From positions 33 through 64,032 of the forward strand of contig CAYFQR010000002.1 of assembly GCA_964345365.1 (NCBI GenBank): DNA of 64,000 nucleotides, given 5' to 3'. Position 1 is the first letter of the stretch; each line of letters begins with the position of its first letter. Made by a program: the position numbers and the translations under genes. Of this stretch, positions 17,648-25,648 are shown in pieces. The notes beneath the pieces are model-generated. The model did no database searches and was not told the DNA's origin. It saw only the letters and a list, made by a program, of their open reading frames with translations. The stretch comes from an uncultured Oscillospiraceae bacterium (GTDB lineage: Bacteria; Bacillota; Clostridia; Peptostreptococcales; Anaerovoracaceae).

Positions 17648-19002
17648 CTGTTTGCCCCCTTCGCATATTCTACGATGCTGTCACGCATATTTTTCGCCTT
17701 GGTAACATAATCAATTTCAAAAAGCACATATACTTTATCTATTCCTTCCCTGTCCACATGCTGCGGAATATCAGCCTCCTCCTCAACCGCCACAATCTTT
17801 TCCTCTGGCACTCCTGCGAGGAGCAGCCTCAGCTTATGATTGAGAAACATGTGTCCGCCCACCACAATCTTCTTGATATGCGGGCGATTCAAAAACTCAT
17901 AGTCGGTTTCATAAAGCCATGAAATCGTTTCGGTCGGATGATGTCTATCCTGCACCTCGTCCATAAGAAGAACCACATTTTTGTCGGACGGCTCGTCTGC
18001 CATATATTCGAATACCGTAGCAGCCGCCGAAACATTCTGCGATTTAGCCGCATAAGCAAAATATTCTATCCCGTTATACGTTACCGACGACTCTCTGATA
18101 TCCGTTATCTTCTGCCTTTGCATAAACTCCGAAATAACACCCATCTCATAGCCAAGTTCCAGAAAAAGAGCCGCTGCGGTAAGCACGTTGAAGCAGTTGA
18201 ACATCGTATCCGAAATCAGAGGCACGGTTTCTCCGTTCAATGTCATCGTTTTATTTAAGAGGTCTATATTTTTTGCGAGATATTTGCTCTCGGGAGTCTT
18301 GAAATCACAGCTCTCGCAGTGATATTTTCCTATATGTCTGTAGAGTCTGTAATCGTATTTTATCTTGCCGTCGCATACGGGACAGACTGAAATATCCCTC
18401 GAAATATTCGGCAGCGGTCTGAAACTGTCATCATCGATACCGAAAAATACCCTTTCAATATTTTTGGCAAGCCCGATTGAAATCGGGTCATTGGCATTTA
18501 ATATCGCCTTTGCGCCTTTTTTTGACATCCTCATGCACTTTTCCATGTGATTGAAGATGTTCTCGGGATGCCCGTTTCGTCTTAAACTGTCCTTGCATAT
18601 ATTGGTTACAACTATGTAATCCGGCTTAAGCTTCACCATCTCCGTATCCATCGAAAGCTCATCCGCCTCAAGCACCGAGCAGTCCACCTGCGGCTTGTTG
18701 AAAATATTCACTCCCCTGATGAGATTAACGGCAAACCCCGCCATGAGATTTGCACCCCAGTCGTTAAAAGAAGTCGACAGTCCCCGCTCGCTCAAAAAAT
18801 CGTTCACAAGCACGGATGTCGTAGTCTTGCCGTTTGTGCCTGTAATGGCTATCGTGAGCTTCGGTTTAGAAACAATTTCTAAAAAATCCGGACAAATCTT
18901 ACACGCCAGGAGCCCCGGCATATCCGTCTTCGGTGTGCCTCTGAGCTTATAGAATAACATCATCATTTTCGCTCCCCACAGAGCGATAAAAAATCTGAGC
19001 AT
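17644..19002 (-). CDS. MurT-like Mur-ligase-family protein with a DUF1727-type C-terminal domain (pair B)
   Basis: 452 aa. ITGTNGKTT, LEADE, TNICKD, a Cys4 ribbon (CPVC...17 aa...CESC) and SWLYETDYEFL...KLRLLLAGV. GGGAG RBS. It starts 10 nt after the cls stop. Confidence 0.8.
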   Translation of the reverse strand: MLRFFIALWGAKMMMLFYKLRGTPKTDMPGLLACKICPDFLEIVSKPKLTIAITGTNGKTTTSVLVNDFLSERGLSTSFNDWGANLMAGFAVNLIRGVNIFNKPQVDCSVLEADELSMDTEMVKLKPDYIVVTNICKDSLRRNGHPENIFNHMEKCMRMSKKGAKAILNANDPISIGLAKNIERVFFGIDDDSFRPLPNISRDISVCPVCDGKIKYDYRLYRHIGKYHCESCDFKTPESKYLAKNIDLLNKTMTLNGETVPLISDTMFNCFNVLTAAALFLELGYEMGVISEFMQRQKITDIRESSVTYNGIEYFAYAAKSQNVSAAATVFEYMADEPSDKNVVLLMDEVQDRHHPTETISWLYETDYEFLNRPHIKKIVVGGHMFLNHKLRLLLAGVPEEKIVAVEEEADIPQHVDREGIDKVYVLFEIDYVTKAKNMRDSIVEYAKGANS

Positions 19003-19012
19003 ATTGCACTCC

Positions 19013-20488
19013 CTAAAGTATCTCGGTGAGAAGCCTTGAGATACTCTCCTTGAATCTTACAAAAATCGGACGTTTATTATAATCTTCCATTGTCAGTTCA
19101 CGGCTGTTCTTCATATCTTCCTCAAAGGATTTTACCATTTGCTCCGTAAATTCCTTATCGAAGATAAATGCATTTGTTTCAAAATTCAGCTTAAACGACC
19201 TTATGTCGAAGTTACATGAACCTATGGACGTGACCTCCCCGTCCGCAAATATCGCTTTTGCATGCAGGAAACCTCCGTCATAGATGAACACCCTGCATCC
19301 GTCCTTGAGCAGCTCTCCCACATTGGAAAGGGTCGCCCAATATACGAAAATATGGTCAGGCTTATTCGGTATCATTATGTTGACTTTAACTCCCGATTGC
19401 GATGCCATCTTGCATGACTCTATAATCGATGCGTCCGGAACGAAATAAGGAGATTGAATATATACGGAATCCGTAGCAGCGGTAATCATCTTCATGAAAC
19501 CGCGCTTGATTTCCTGCTTTGGAGCTTCAGGCCCGCATGAAACGATTTGCAGTCCCATATCGCCGGCAACCTCGGTATTGATACGCCCCGCATCAAGCAA
19601 ATCGAGCTTCTCCTTAGTTACGAAACGCCAATCGAGAATGAATCTCGTGTTAAGCTCGTTCACTCCCGTTCCCCTGATTCTCACGTGTGAATCACGCCAA
19701 TGTCCGAATTTCGGTGCCAAATCACAATATTCGTTGCCGATATTATATCCGCCCGTATACCCTATTTTGTTGTCGACCACCAGAATCTTTCTGTGGTTTC
19801 GGTAGTTGAGGTTAAGCCCTATCTTTATCCCCATCCTTGCCAATCTCGGAGGGAAAAAATATGCCACCTTGCCGCCTGCTTTAATATATTCTCTGAGCAC
19901 TAAGTTATTCAAACCTCTTGAGCCGAGAGAGTCTACGAGCAGCCGAACTTCCACGCCTTCTCTCGCTTTCTCCGTCAGCGCCGCTATGAAACGCTTGGCT
20001 GTCTTATCATTTTTGATTATAAAATATTCCGCATTAACGGACGTTTCGGCATTTCTTATATCTTCAAGCATCCTGTCAAACAGCTCATTCCCGTCCACGA
20101 TGAGTTCTATATCATTCGTTTCGCTATATATGGCATTGCCGTAAACCTGATTCAGTATTACCAAATCCCTCCACTTGTATGCGGAGTAGTTATCAAGCCT
20201 GAGTTTCCCTTCCTCCAGCTCTTTAATCTGATAATCGAGATAGCCTCTTATAACGCTTTCCTCGTTATCATAGAGTTTGTTTATCTTGATTCGGGTAAGG
20301 TTCTGATTAAAAATCAAGTATAGTATGAACCCCAACACCGGAACAAACGCCAAAACCATAATCCACGCCAAAGTAGCAGTCGATGTTTTTCTCTCGAAGA
20401 ATATGACTGCCACGATTAATATGAAGTTTATTCCATATACCACCATTGTAGAGGATATATAGCCAAGCGGCGTTTCCATTTCAAACAT
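19013..20488 (-). CDS. cls: Cardiolipin synthase (PLD family)
   Basis: 491 aa. Two N-terminal transmembrane helices and two HKD motifs (NHRKILVVDN..., FLHAKAIFADG...). Confidence 0.9.
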   Translation of the reverse strand: MFEMETPLGYISSTMVVYGINFILIVAVIFFERKTSTATLAWIMVLAFVPVLGFILYLIFNQNLTRIKINKLYDNEESVIRGYLDYQIKELEEGKLRLDNYSAYKWRDLVILNQVYGNAIYSETNDIELIVDGNELFDRMLEDIRNAETSVNAEYFIIKNDKTAKRFIAALTEKAREGVEVRLLVDSLGSRGLNNLVLREYIKAGGKVAYFFPPRLARMGIKIGLNLNYRNHRKILVVDNKIGYTGGYNIGNEYCDLAPKFGHWRDSHVRIRGTGVNELNTRFILDWRFVTKEKLDLLDAGRINTEVAGDMGLQIVSCGPEAPKQEIKRGFMKMITAATDSVYIQSPYFVPDASIIESCKMASQSGVKVNIMIPNKPDHIFVYWATLSNVGELLKDGCRVFIYDGGFLHAKAIFADGEVTSIGSCNFDIRSFKLNFETNAFIFDKEFTEQMVKSFEEDMKNSRELTMEDYNKRPIFVRFKESISRLLTEIL

Positions 20489-20490
20489 GA

Positions 20491-21816
20491 TTAAATCAAT
20501 TCTCCTTCTAAGCTGAAAGTGTTTGAAGCTGTTATTTTAATATCTGCAAGTTCACCTGTCATACCCGGCTTTCCTTTGAAATTAACGAGTTTGAAGGTTT
20601 CGGTTCTTCCGCTGTAATTGTTTGAGTTACGTTTCGAAAGTCCGTCAACCAATACTTTCTGTACGGTACCGACATATTCGGCATTTTTTTCGGCGGAAAT
20701 CCTGTTTATACATTCGACGAGCCTGTTAAACCTTTCGTGTTTGACCGTTTCAGGAATCTGATTCTCATATCCCGCCGCCGGTGTTCCTTTTCTTATCGAA
20801 TAGAGAAAGGTAAATGCGGAGTCGAATCTTATCTCCTCGCAAAGACTCAGCGTTTCGTCAAATTCGTCCTCGGTTTCCCCCGGAAAACCTACGATAATAT
20901 CGGTGCTGATAGCAATCTTAGGGTCAACCGCCCTGAGTTTTTTAATAAGCTCGATATACTTTTCTCTGCTGTATCTCCTGTTCATCTTAGATAGAACATT
21001 ACTGCTTCCCGACTGAACGGGAAGATGAAAATAATGGCAAAGGCTCTTGCAATCCCGATAACACTCTATGAGTTTATCCGAAAGATCCTTGGGATGAGAT
21101 GTCATAAATCTTATCCTCTCGATACCCTCTATCTTGTCAACGGCCCTTATCAGATCCGGAAAGTCCCACTTCACGCCGGAGCTTTCGCCAATATAGCTGT
21201 TTACATTTTGACCGAGGAATGTAACTTCTTTAACGCCTTCGGAAACGAGTTTTTTCACTTCATTTATGATGTCCTCGGGTTTCCTCGACCTCTCACGCCC
21301 CCTTACATACGGTACTATGCAATATGTGCAAAAATTGTTACAGCCGAAGGTAATATTGACATAAGCTTTGTGCTTAAAAAGTCTCTTTGACGGAAGGTCT
21401 TCCACTATCTCCGCACCGTCTTGCCAAATTTCAAGCTGTTTCCGCTTTTCGTTGTATAAATTATCAAGGAGCTTAGGCAGCTCATGTATATTATGAGTGC
21501 CGAAAACGATGTCGACCCACGGATATTTTGATTTTAACGTGTCGATTATATGCTGTTGCTGCATCATACAGCCACAGACGCAGACCGTAAGGTTCTCACC
21601 CTCCTGTATTTTTCTGTGCTTAAGTTGTCCGAGCGTGCCGAAGAATCTCTTATCGGCATTTTCTCTTATGGAGCATGTGTTAAAAAGAACTATATCCGCT
21701 TCCTTTCTCTCCCGAACAGGTTCATATCCTTTTTCGATAAGCATACCTGCAATTATCTCCGAATCATGCTCATTCATCTGACAACCGAATGTTGTAATAT
21801 GAAATCTCTTACTCAT
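20491..21816 (-). CDS. miaB: tRNA-2-methylthio-N6-dimethylallyladenosine synthase MiaB
   Basis: FHITTFGCQMNEHDSE, radical-SAM CNNFCTYC, and a TRAM C-terminus. The start is set at ATG 21814-21816 (AGGAAAG RBS). Confidence 0.88.
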   Translation of the reverse strand: MSKRFHITTFGCQMNEHDSEIIAGMLIEKGYEPVRERKEADIVLFNTCSIRENADKRFFGTLGQLKHRKIQEGENLTVCVCGCMMQQQHIIDTLKSKYPWVDIVFGTHNIHELPKLLDNLYNEKRKQLEIWQDGAEIVEDLPSKRLFKHKAYVNITFGCNNFCTYCIVPYVRGRERSRKPEDIINEVKKLVSEGVKEVTFLGQNVNSYIGESSGVKWDFPDLIRAVDKIEGIERIRFMTSHPKDLSDKLIECYRDCKSLCHYFHLPVQSGSSNVLSKMNRRYSREKYIELIKKLRAVDPKIAISTDIIVGFPGETEDEFDETLSLCEEIRFDSAFTFLYSIRKGTPAAGYENQIPETVKHERFNRLVECINRISAEKNAEYVGTVQKVLVDGLSKRNSNNYSGRTETFKLVNFKGKPGMTGELADIKITASNTFSLEGELI

Positions 21817-22792
21817 GTTTTTCTTTCCTGCCCATGAGAAGTCCCACACTCTCTTCCGCAGTGACTTTCCCTTCTATGAGCTTATACATAAGCTCCGTTA
21901 TAGGCATCTCAACTTTATATTTTTTTGCAAGCTCATAAGCCGCCTTTGTGGTGGTTATCCCTTCCACAACCATTCCGACTTTCTCTTTGGCGGCGTCGAC
22001 ATTCATGCCCTTGCCGATTAAAATTCCGCATCTCCTGTTTCTTGAATGCATCGAAGTACAAGTTACAATCAGGTCTCCAAGCCCCGTCAGACCCGAAAAA
22101 GTCTCGGGTTTGGCACCCATCGCTTCACCGAGCCTTATCATTTCCGCGAGTCCCCTCGTCATGAGAGCGGCTTTGGAATTGTCGCCGAGTCCGATTCCGT
22201 CGCAGACTCCGGCACCGAGTGCAATAATATTTTTGAGCGCACCGCCGAGCTCAGCACCTATTATGTCGTTATTGGTATATACTCTGAAATTTTCCGACAT
22301 GAAAATCTTCTGAACCTTTAGTGCAAACTCGCGGTCTTCCGAAGATACCGTAACTGTAGTCGGCAGAAATCTCGCGACCTCCTCGGCATGTGACGGCCCC
22401 GAAAGACAGGCATATTTCGCAGATGTACAAACCTCTGCAGCAACCTCCGAAAGCCTTTTGAGAGTCTTGATTTCCAAGCCCTTTGCAACGTCTACTATAT
22501 TAAGTGAATCCGAAATATTTTTAACCTCTGTAAGAAGCTCTCGAAACGACTGCGCAGGCACGGCGAATACCTGAATATCGGAATCTTTTATCGCTTCACT
22601 CAGATTGGATGTAATCCCAAGTCCCTCCGGAAGCTCTATGCCCGGAAGATATTTGTGGTTCCCTTTCGTTTTGGACATCATATCCGCCTGAACCTGATTT
22701 CTCGCCCAAAGCACGGTGTCGAACCCCTTTGCGCTGAGCTGAATTGCGAGAGACGTTCCGAAGCTTCCCGCACCTAATACTGCAATTCTCAT
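21809..22792 (-). CDS. gpsA: NAD(P)H-dependent glycerol-3-phosphate dehydrogenase
   Basis: MRIAVLGAGSFGTSLA Rossmann motif and GpsA core motifs. ATG at 22790-22792 follows a GGTGGAG RBS. Confidence 0.9.
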   Translation of the reverse strand: MRIAVLGAGSFGTSLAIQLSAKGFDTVLWARNQVQADMMSKTKGNHKYLPGIELPEGLGITSNLSEAIKDSDIQVFAVPAQSFRELLTEVKNISDSLNIVDVAKGLEIKTLKRLSEVAAEVCTSAKYACLSGPSHAEEVARFLPTTVTVSSEDREFALKVQKIFMSENFRVYTNNDIIGAELGGALKNIIALGAGVCDGIGLGDNSKAALMTRGLAEMIRLGEAMGAKPETFSGLTGLGDLIVTCTSMHSRNRRCGILIGKGMNVDAAKEKVGMVVEGITTTKAAYELAKKYKVEMPITELMYKLIEGKVTAEESVGLLMGRKEKHE

Positions 22793-22793
22793 G

Positions 22794-23417
22794 TTAACCG
22801 TCTCCACCTTTCTTTTTTACGAATATTGACATCGGAGGCTCTTCTCCCTTGATGAGCCTCGCTATATTTCCCTTATGCTTGACAAGTATTACGGTCGCCA
22901 GAACCGCGGCAAACGGCAGGAACTCCGGTTCAAGCAGCCAAGCTGTCGGCACGGCACTTATCGCCCCGGCAATGGAACCTACCGACATCCTCTTGGAAAG
23001 TACGGTGAGCACCGCAACAATGAGCAGCAGAATAAGTGCAAGCTTCCAATTCACACCTAAAAGTCCGCCGAAGGCTACCGCCACGCCCTTTCCTCCCTTA
23101 AAGCTGTAATAAACAGGGAAGATATGACCTATAAATGCAGCCGCACAGGCAAAATATCCGAAAAGCGGGTCTCCCGTAAGCGTTGCCGACAAAAAAACCG
23201 CAGCAGTCCCTTTCAATATATCAATGCATAGAGTTATAACGGCTGCTTTGCCCCCGAGCACCCTCAGAGCATTGGTGGTGCCGGCATTTCCGCTCCCCTC
23301 TTTTTTTATGTCGATGCCCCTCATCTTAGCGATTATGGTGGATGGAGAAATGCTGCCGATAAGATAGGACGCCGCTATTACGACTATGTAGAATATAATT
23401 TGATTCCTGTCAGCCAA
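22794..23417 (-). CDS. plsY: Glycerol-3-phosphate acyltransferase PlsY
   Basis: 207 aa membrane protein with GSGNAGTTNALR and FKGGKGVA motifs. Confidence 0.9.
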   Translation of the reverse strand: MADRNQIIFYIVVIAASYLIGSISPSTIIAKMRGIDIKKEGSGNAGTTNALRVLGGKAAVITLCIDILKGTAAVFLSATLTGDPLFGYFACAAAFIGHIFPVYYSFKGGKGVAVAFGGLLGVNWKLALILLLIVAVLTVLSKRMSVGSIAGAISAVPTAWLLEPEFLPFAAVLATVILVKHKGNIARLIKGEEPPMSIFVKKKGGDG

Positions 23418-24744
23418 TGTAATCGTCCCTCTCTCCTTTTTCTCTGAAAACGAATTTCACCGATGTCCCCTCGAAACCGAAACTCTCTCGAATCCTGTTC
23501 TCAAGATATCTCGAATATGAGAAGTGCATCAGCTCCCTCTTGTTAATTTGAAAGCTGAACAGAGGCGGTTTAACACCTATCTGTGTCACATAATATATCT
23601 TTAGCCTCTTGCCCTTATCCGAAGGAGGCTGCTTCATAAGAATCGCGTCTTGAATGAGCGAATTGAGCTGCCCTGTAGGAACCCTCATGCTTCTGTTTTC
23701 CGATACAGCCTTACAAATATCCATAACTTGATTTACTCTCTGTTTTTCAAGAACGGAAATAAAGATTATCGGAGCATAGCTCATAAACAGGAGCTCCGCC
23801 TCAAGTCCGCGCTTAAAGTCACGCATGGTATTTGTTTCTTTCTCAATCAAATCCCATTTGTTTACAGCTACTACAATACCCTTGCCCGCTTCATGTGCAA
23901 TTCCGGCAATTTTTTTGTCCTGTTCCGTCAAGCCCTCCACCGCGTCAATCATTACAAGACATACGTCACAGCGTTCAACAGCTGCAACGGCCCTGATTAC
24001 CGAAAATTTTTCGATATCGTCACTTATCTTTGACTGTCTCCTGATACCTGCGGTATCTATGAGAACGTATTTCTCTCCGTCCTTTTCAAAAGGCGTATCA
24101 ATGGAATCCCTTGTGGTTCCCGCTATATCCGAAACTATCACTCTATTTTCGCCGAGCAGGCAATTCACAAGCGAAGACTTGCCTACATTCGGCTTACCTA
24201 TAACCGCAATCTTAATGCTGTCGTCGTCTTCCTCATATGCTTCCTTAGGGAAATTCTCAACTATCTCATCGAGCACATCGCTGAAATTGAGCATATTTGC
24301 TGCTGATACCGGAATGGGCTCGCCTAAACCGAGTTCATAAAAATCATAGAAGAAATCCGGTAGCTTGCTCGGTTTATCAATCTTGTTAATTATTAGGATG
24401 ACTTTTTTGCCCGTCCTTCTGAGCATATCCGCCACCTCGATATCTGCATGAGTAATCCCTTCCTTGCCGTCGCAAATAAACAGGATTACATCCGACAGAT
24501 CCATCGCAATCTGTGCCTGTTCCCTCATCTGTGAAAGTATAACATCCGAGGATGAGGGTTCTATTCCGCCGGTATCAATCAGACCGAATACTATGCCGTT
24601 CCAGTCGGTTTCGGCATATATCCTGTCTCTCGTAACTCCCGGCGTATCTTCCACGATGGAGATTCTCCTGCCGACAAGCCTGTTAAACAATGTACTTTTC
24701 CCGACATTCGGTCTCCCGACTATCGCAACAACCGGTTTACTCAT
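23410..24744 (-). CDS. der: Ribosome-biogenesis GTPase Der (EngA)
   Basis: 444 aa. Two tandem GTPase domains (GRPNVGKST and GKPNVGKSS) plus a KH-like C-terminus. Confidence 0.93.
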   Translation of the reverse strand: MSKPVVAIVGRPNVGKSTLFNRLVGRRISIVEDTPGVTRDRIYAETDWNGIVFGLIDTGGIEPSSSDVILSQMREQAQIAMDLSDVILFICDGKEGITHADIEVADMLRRTGKKVILIINKIDKPSKLPDFFYDFYELGLGEPIPVSAANMLNFSDVLDEIVENFPKEAYEEDDDSIKIAVIGKPNVGKSSLVNCLLGENRVIVSDIAGTTRDSIDTPFEKDGEKYVLIDTAGIRRQSKISDDIEKFSVIRAVAAVERCDVCLVMIDAVEGLTEQDKKIAGIAHEAGKGIVVAVNKWDLIEKETNTMRDFKRGLEAELLFMSYAPIIFISVLEKQRVNQVMDICKAVSENRSMRVPTGQLNSLIQDAILMKQPPSDKGKRLKIYYVTQIGVKPPLFSFQINKRELMHFSYSRYLENRIRESFGFEGTSVKFVFREKGERDDYIG

Positions 24745-25636
24745 TGAATATTCCTCCGATAAAAGTTTCGGGGTCGAAGACTTCCAAATCCTCTATCCCC
24801 TCACCTGTGCCTATGAACTTAACGGGCATATCAAACTCTTCGGAAATGGTTATGGCTATGCCGCCTTTAGCGGTTCCGTCAAGTTTAGTTATAACTATAC
24901 CCGTCAAATCGGCGACCGTGCCGAATTCCTTAGCTTGAGATATGGCATTCTTGCCTGTCGTAGCGTCTAAAATGAGAAGTGTCTCTCTCTCCGCCTCAGG
25001 CCACTCCATCGAAATAACCTTATTCATCTTTTCAAGTTCGTTCATGAGATTCTTTTTGTTTTGGAGTCTGCCTGCCGTGTCGCAGATAAGCACGTCGGTT
25101 CCCCTCGCCTTAGCAGACTGAATCGCATCGAATATAACAGCCGACGGGTCGGCACCTTCCTTGTGTTTAACCACATTAACGCCGCATCTGTCTCCCCATA
25201 TCGAGAGCTGCTCCGAAGCCGCCGCTCTGAATGTATCGGCAGCAGCAAGCATAATTTTGTTCCCTTCTCCCTGCAGTCTGTGAGCAAGCTTGCCTATCGT
25301 GGTAGTCTTACCGCCTCCGTTTATGCCTATCATCAGCACGACAAGCGGTCTTTTATCGGAAAGCCTATGTCTTTCACCCTTGTCAACACATTCTTTTATG
25401 ATACCGGTCAAGGCTTTTTTAACATTCTCCGGCTTTACTATATAGTCAACGGATAGTTTTTCTCTCAGCTTATCCATAATAACCATCGTCGTCTCCATAC
25501 CGATATCTGATGTAATAAGAGTCTCCTCTATTTCATCCATAACATTCTCGTCAACCTCCATCCTCGCACGCAAAGTATTGGAAATTTTTTCTCCGAGACT
25601 CCCGAAAAACCCCTTTTTTTCTTTGAAAACACTCAT
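24737..25636 (-). CDS. ftsY: Signal recognition particle receptor FtsY
   Basis: 299 aa. NG domain with [20 protein letters not shown] and [10 protein letters not shown]. Confidence 0.93.
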   Translation of the reverse strand: MSVFKEKKGFFGSLGEKISNTLRARMEVDENVMDEIEETLITSDIGMETTMVIMDKLREKLSVDYIVKPENVKKALTGIIKECVDKGERHRLSDKRPLVVLMIGINGGGKTTTIGKLAHRLQGEGNKIMLAAADTFRAAASEQLSIWGDRCGVNVVKHKEGADPSAVIFDAIQSAKARGTDVLICDTAGRLQNKKNLMNELEKMNKVISMEWPEAERETLLILDATTGKNAISQAKEFGTVADLTGIVITKLDGTAKGGIAITISEEFDMPVKFIGTGEGIEDLEVFDPETFIGGIFNE

Positions 25637-25648
25637 ATGTTTCTCCTT

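Noticed and set aside
13779-19002. Simple interpretation as a duplicated canonical murT/gatD (lipid II iso-Gln synthase) or as a horizontally acquired island.
   Set aside because: Both GatD-like proteins lack the Cys and His nucleophile pair, and the MurT interface segment is remodelled, so canonical glutamine-dependent amidation is unlikely. I saw no integrase, tRNA, flanking repeat or obvious compositional break to support an island. NH3-dependent amidation remains a live alternative and is noted in the findings.
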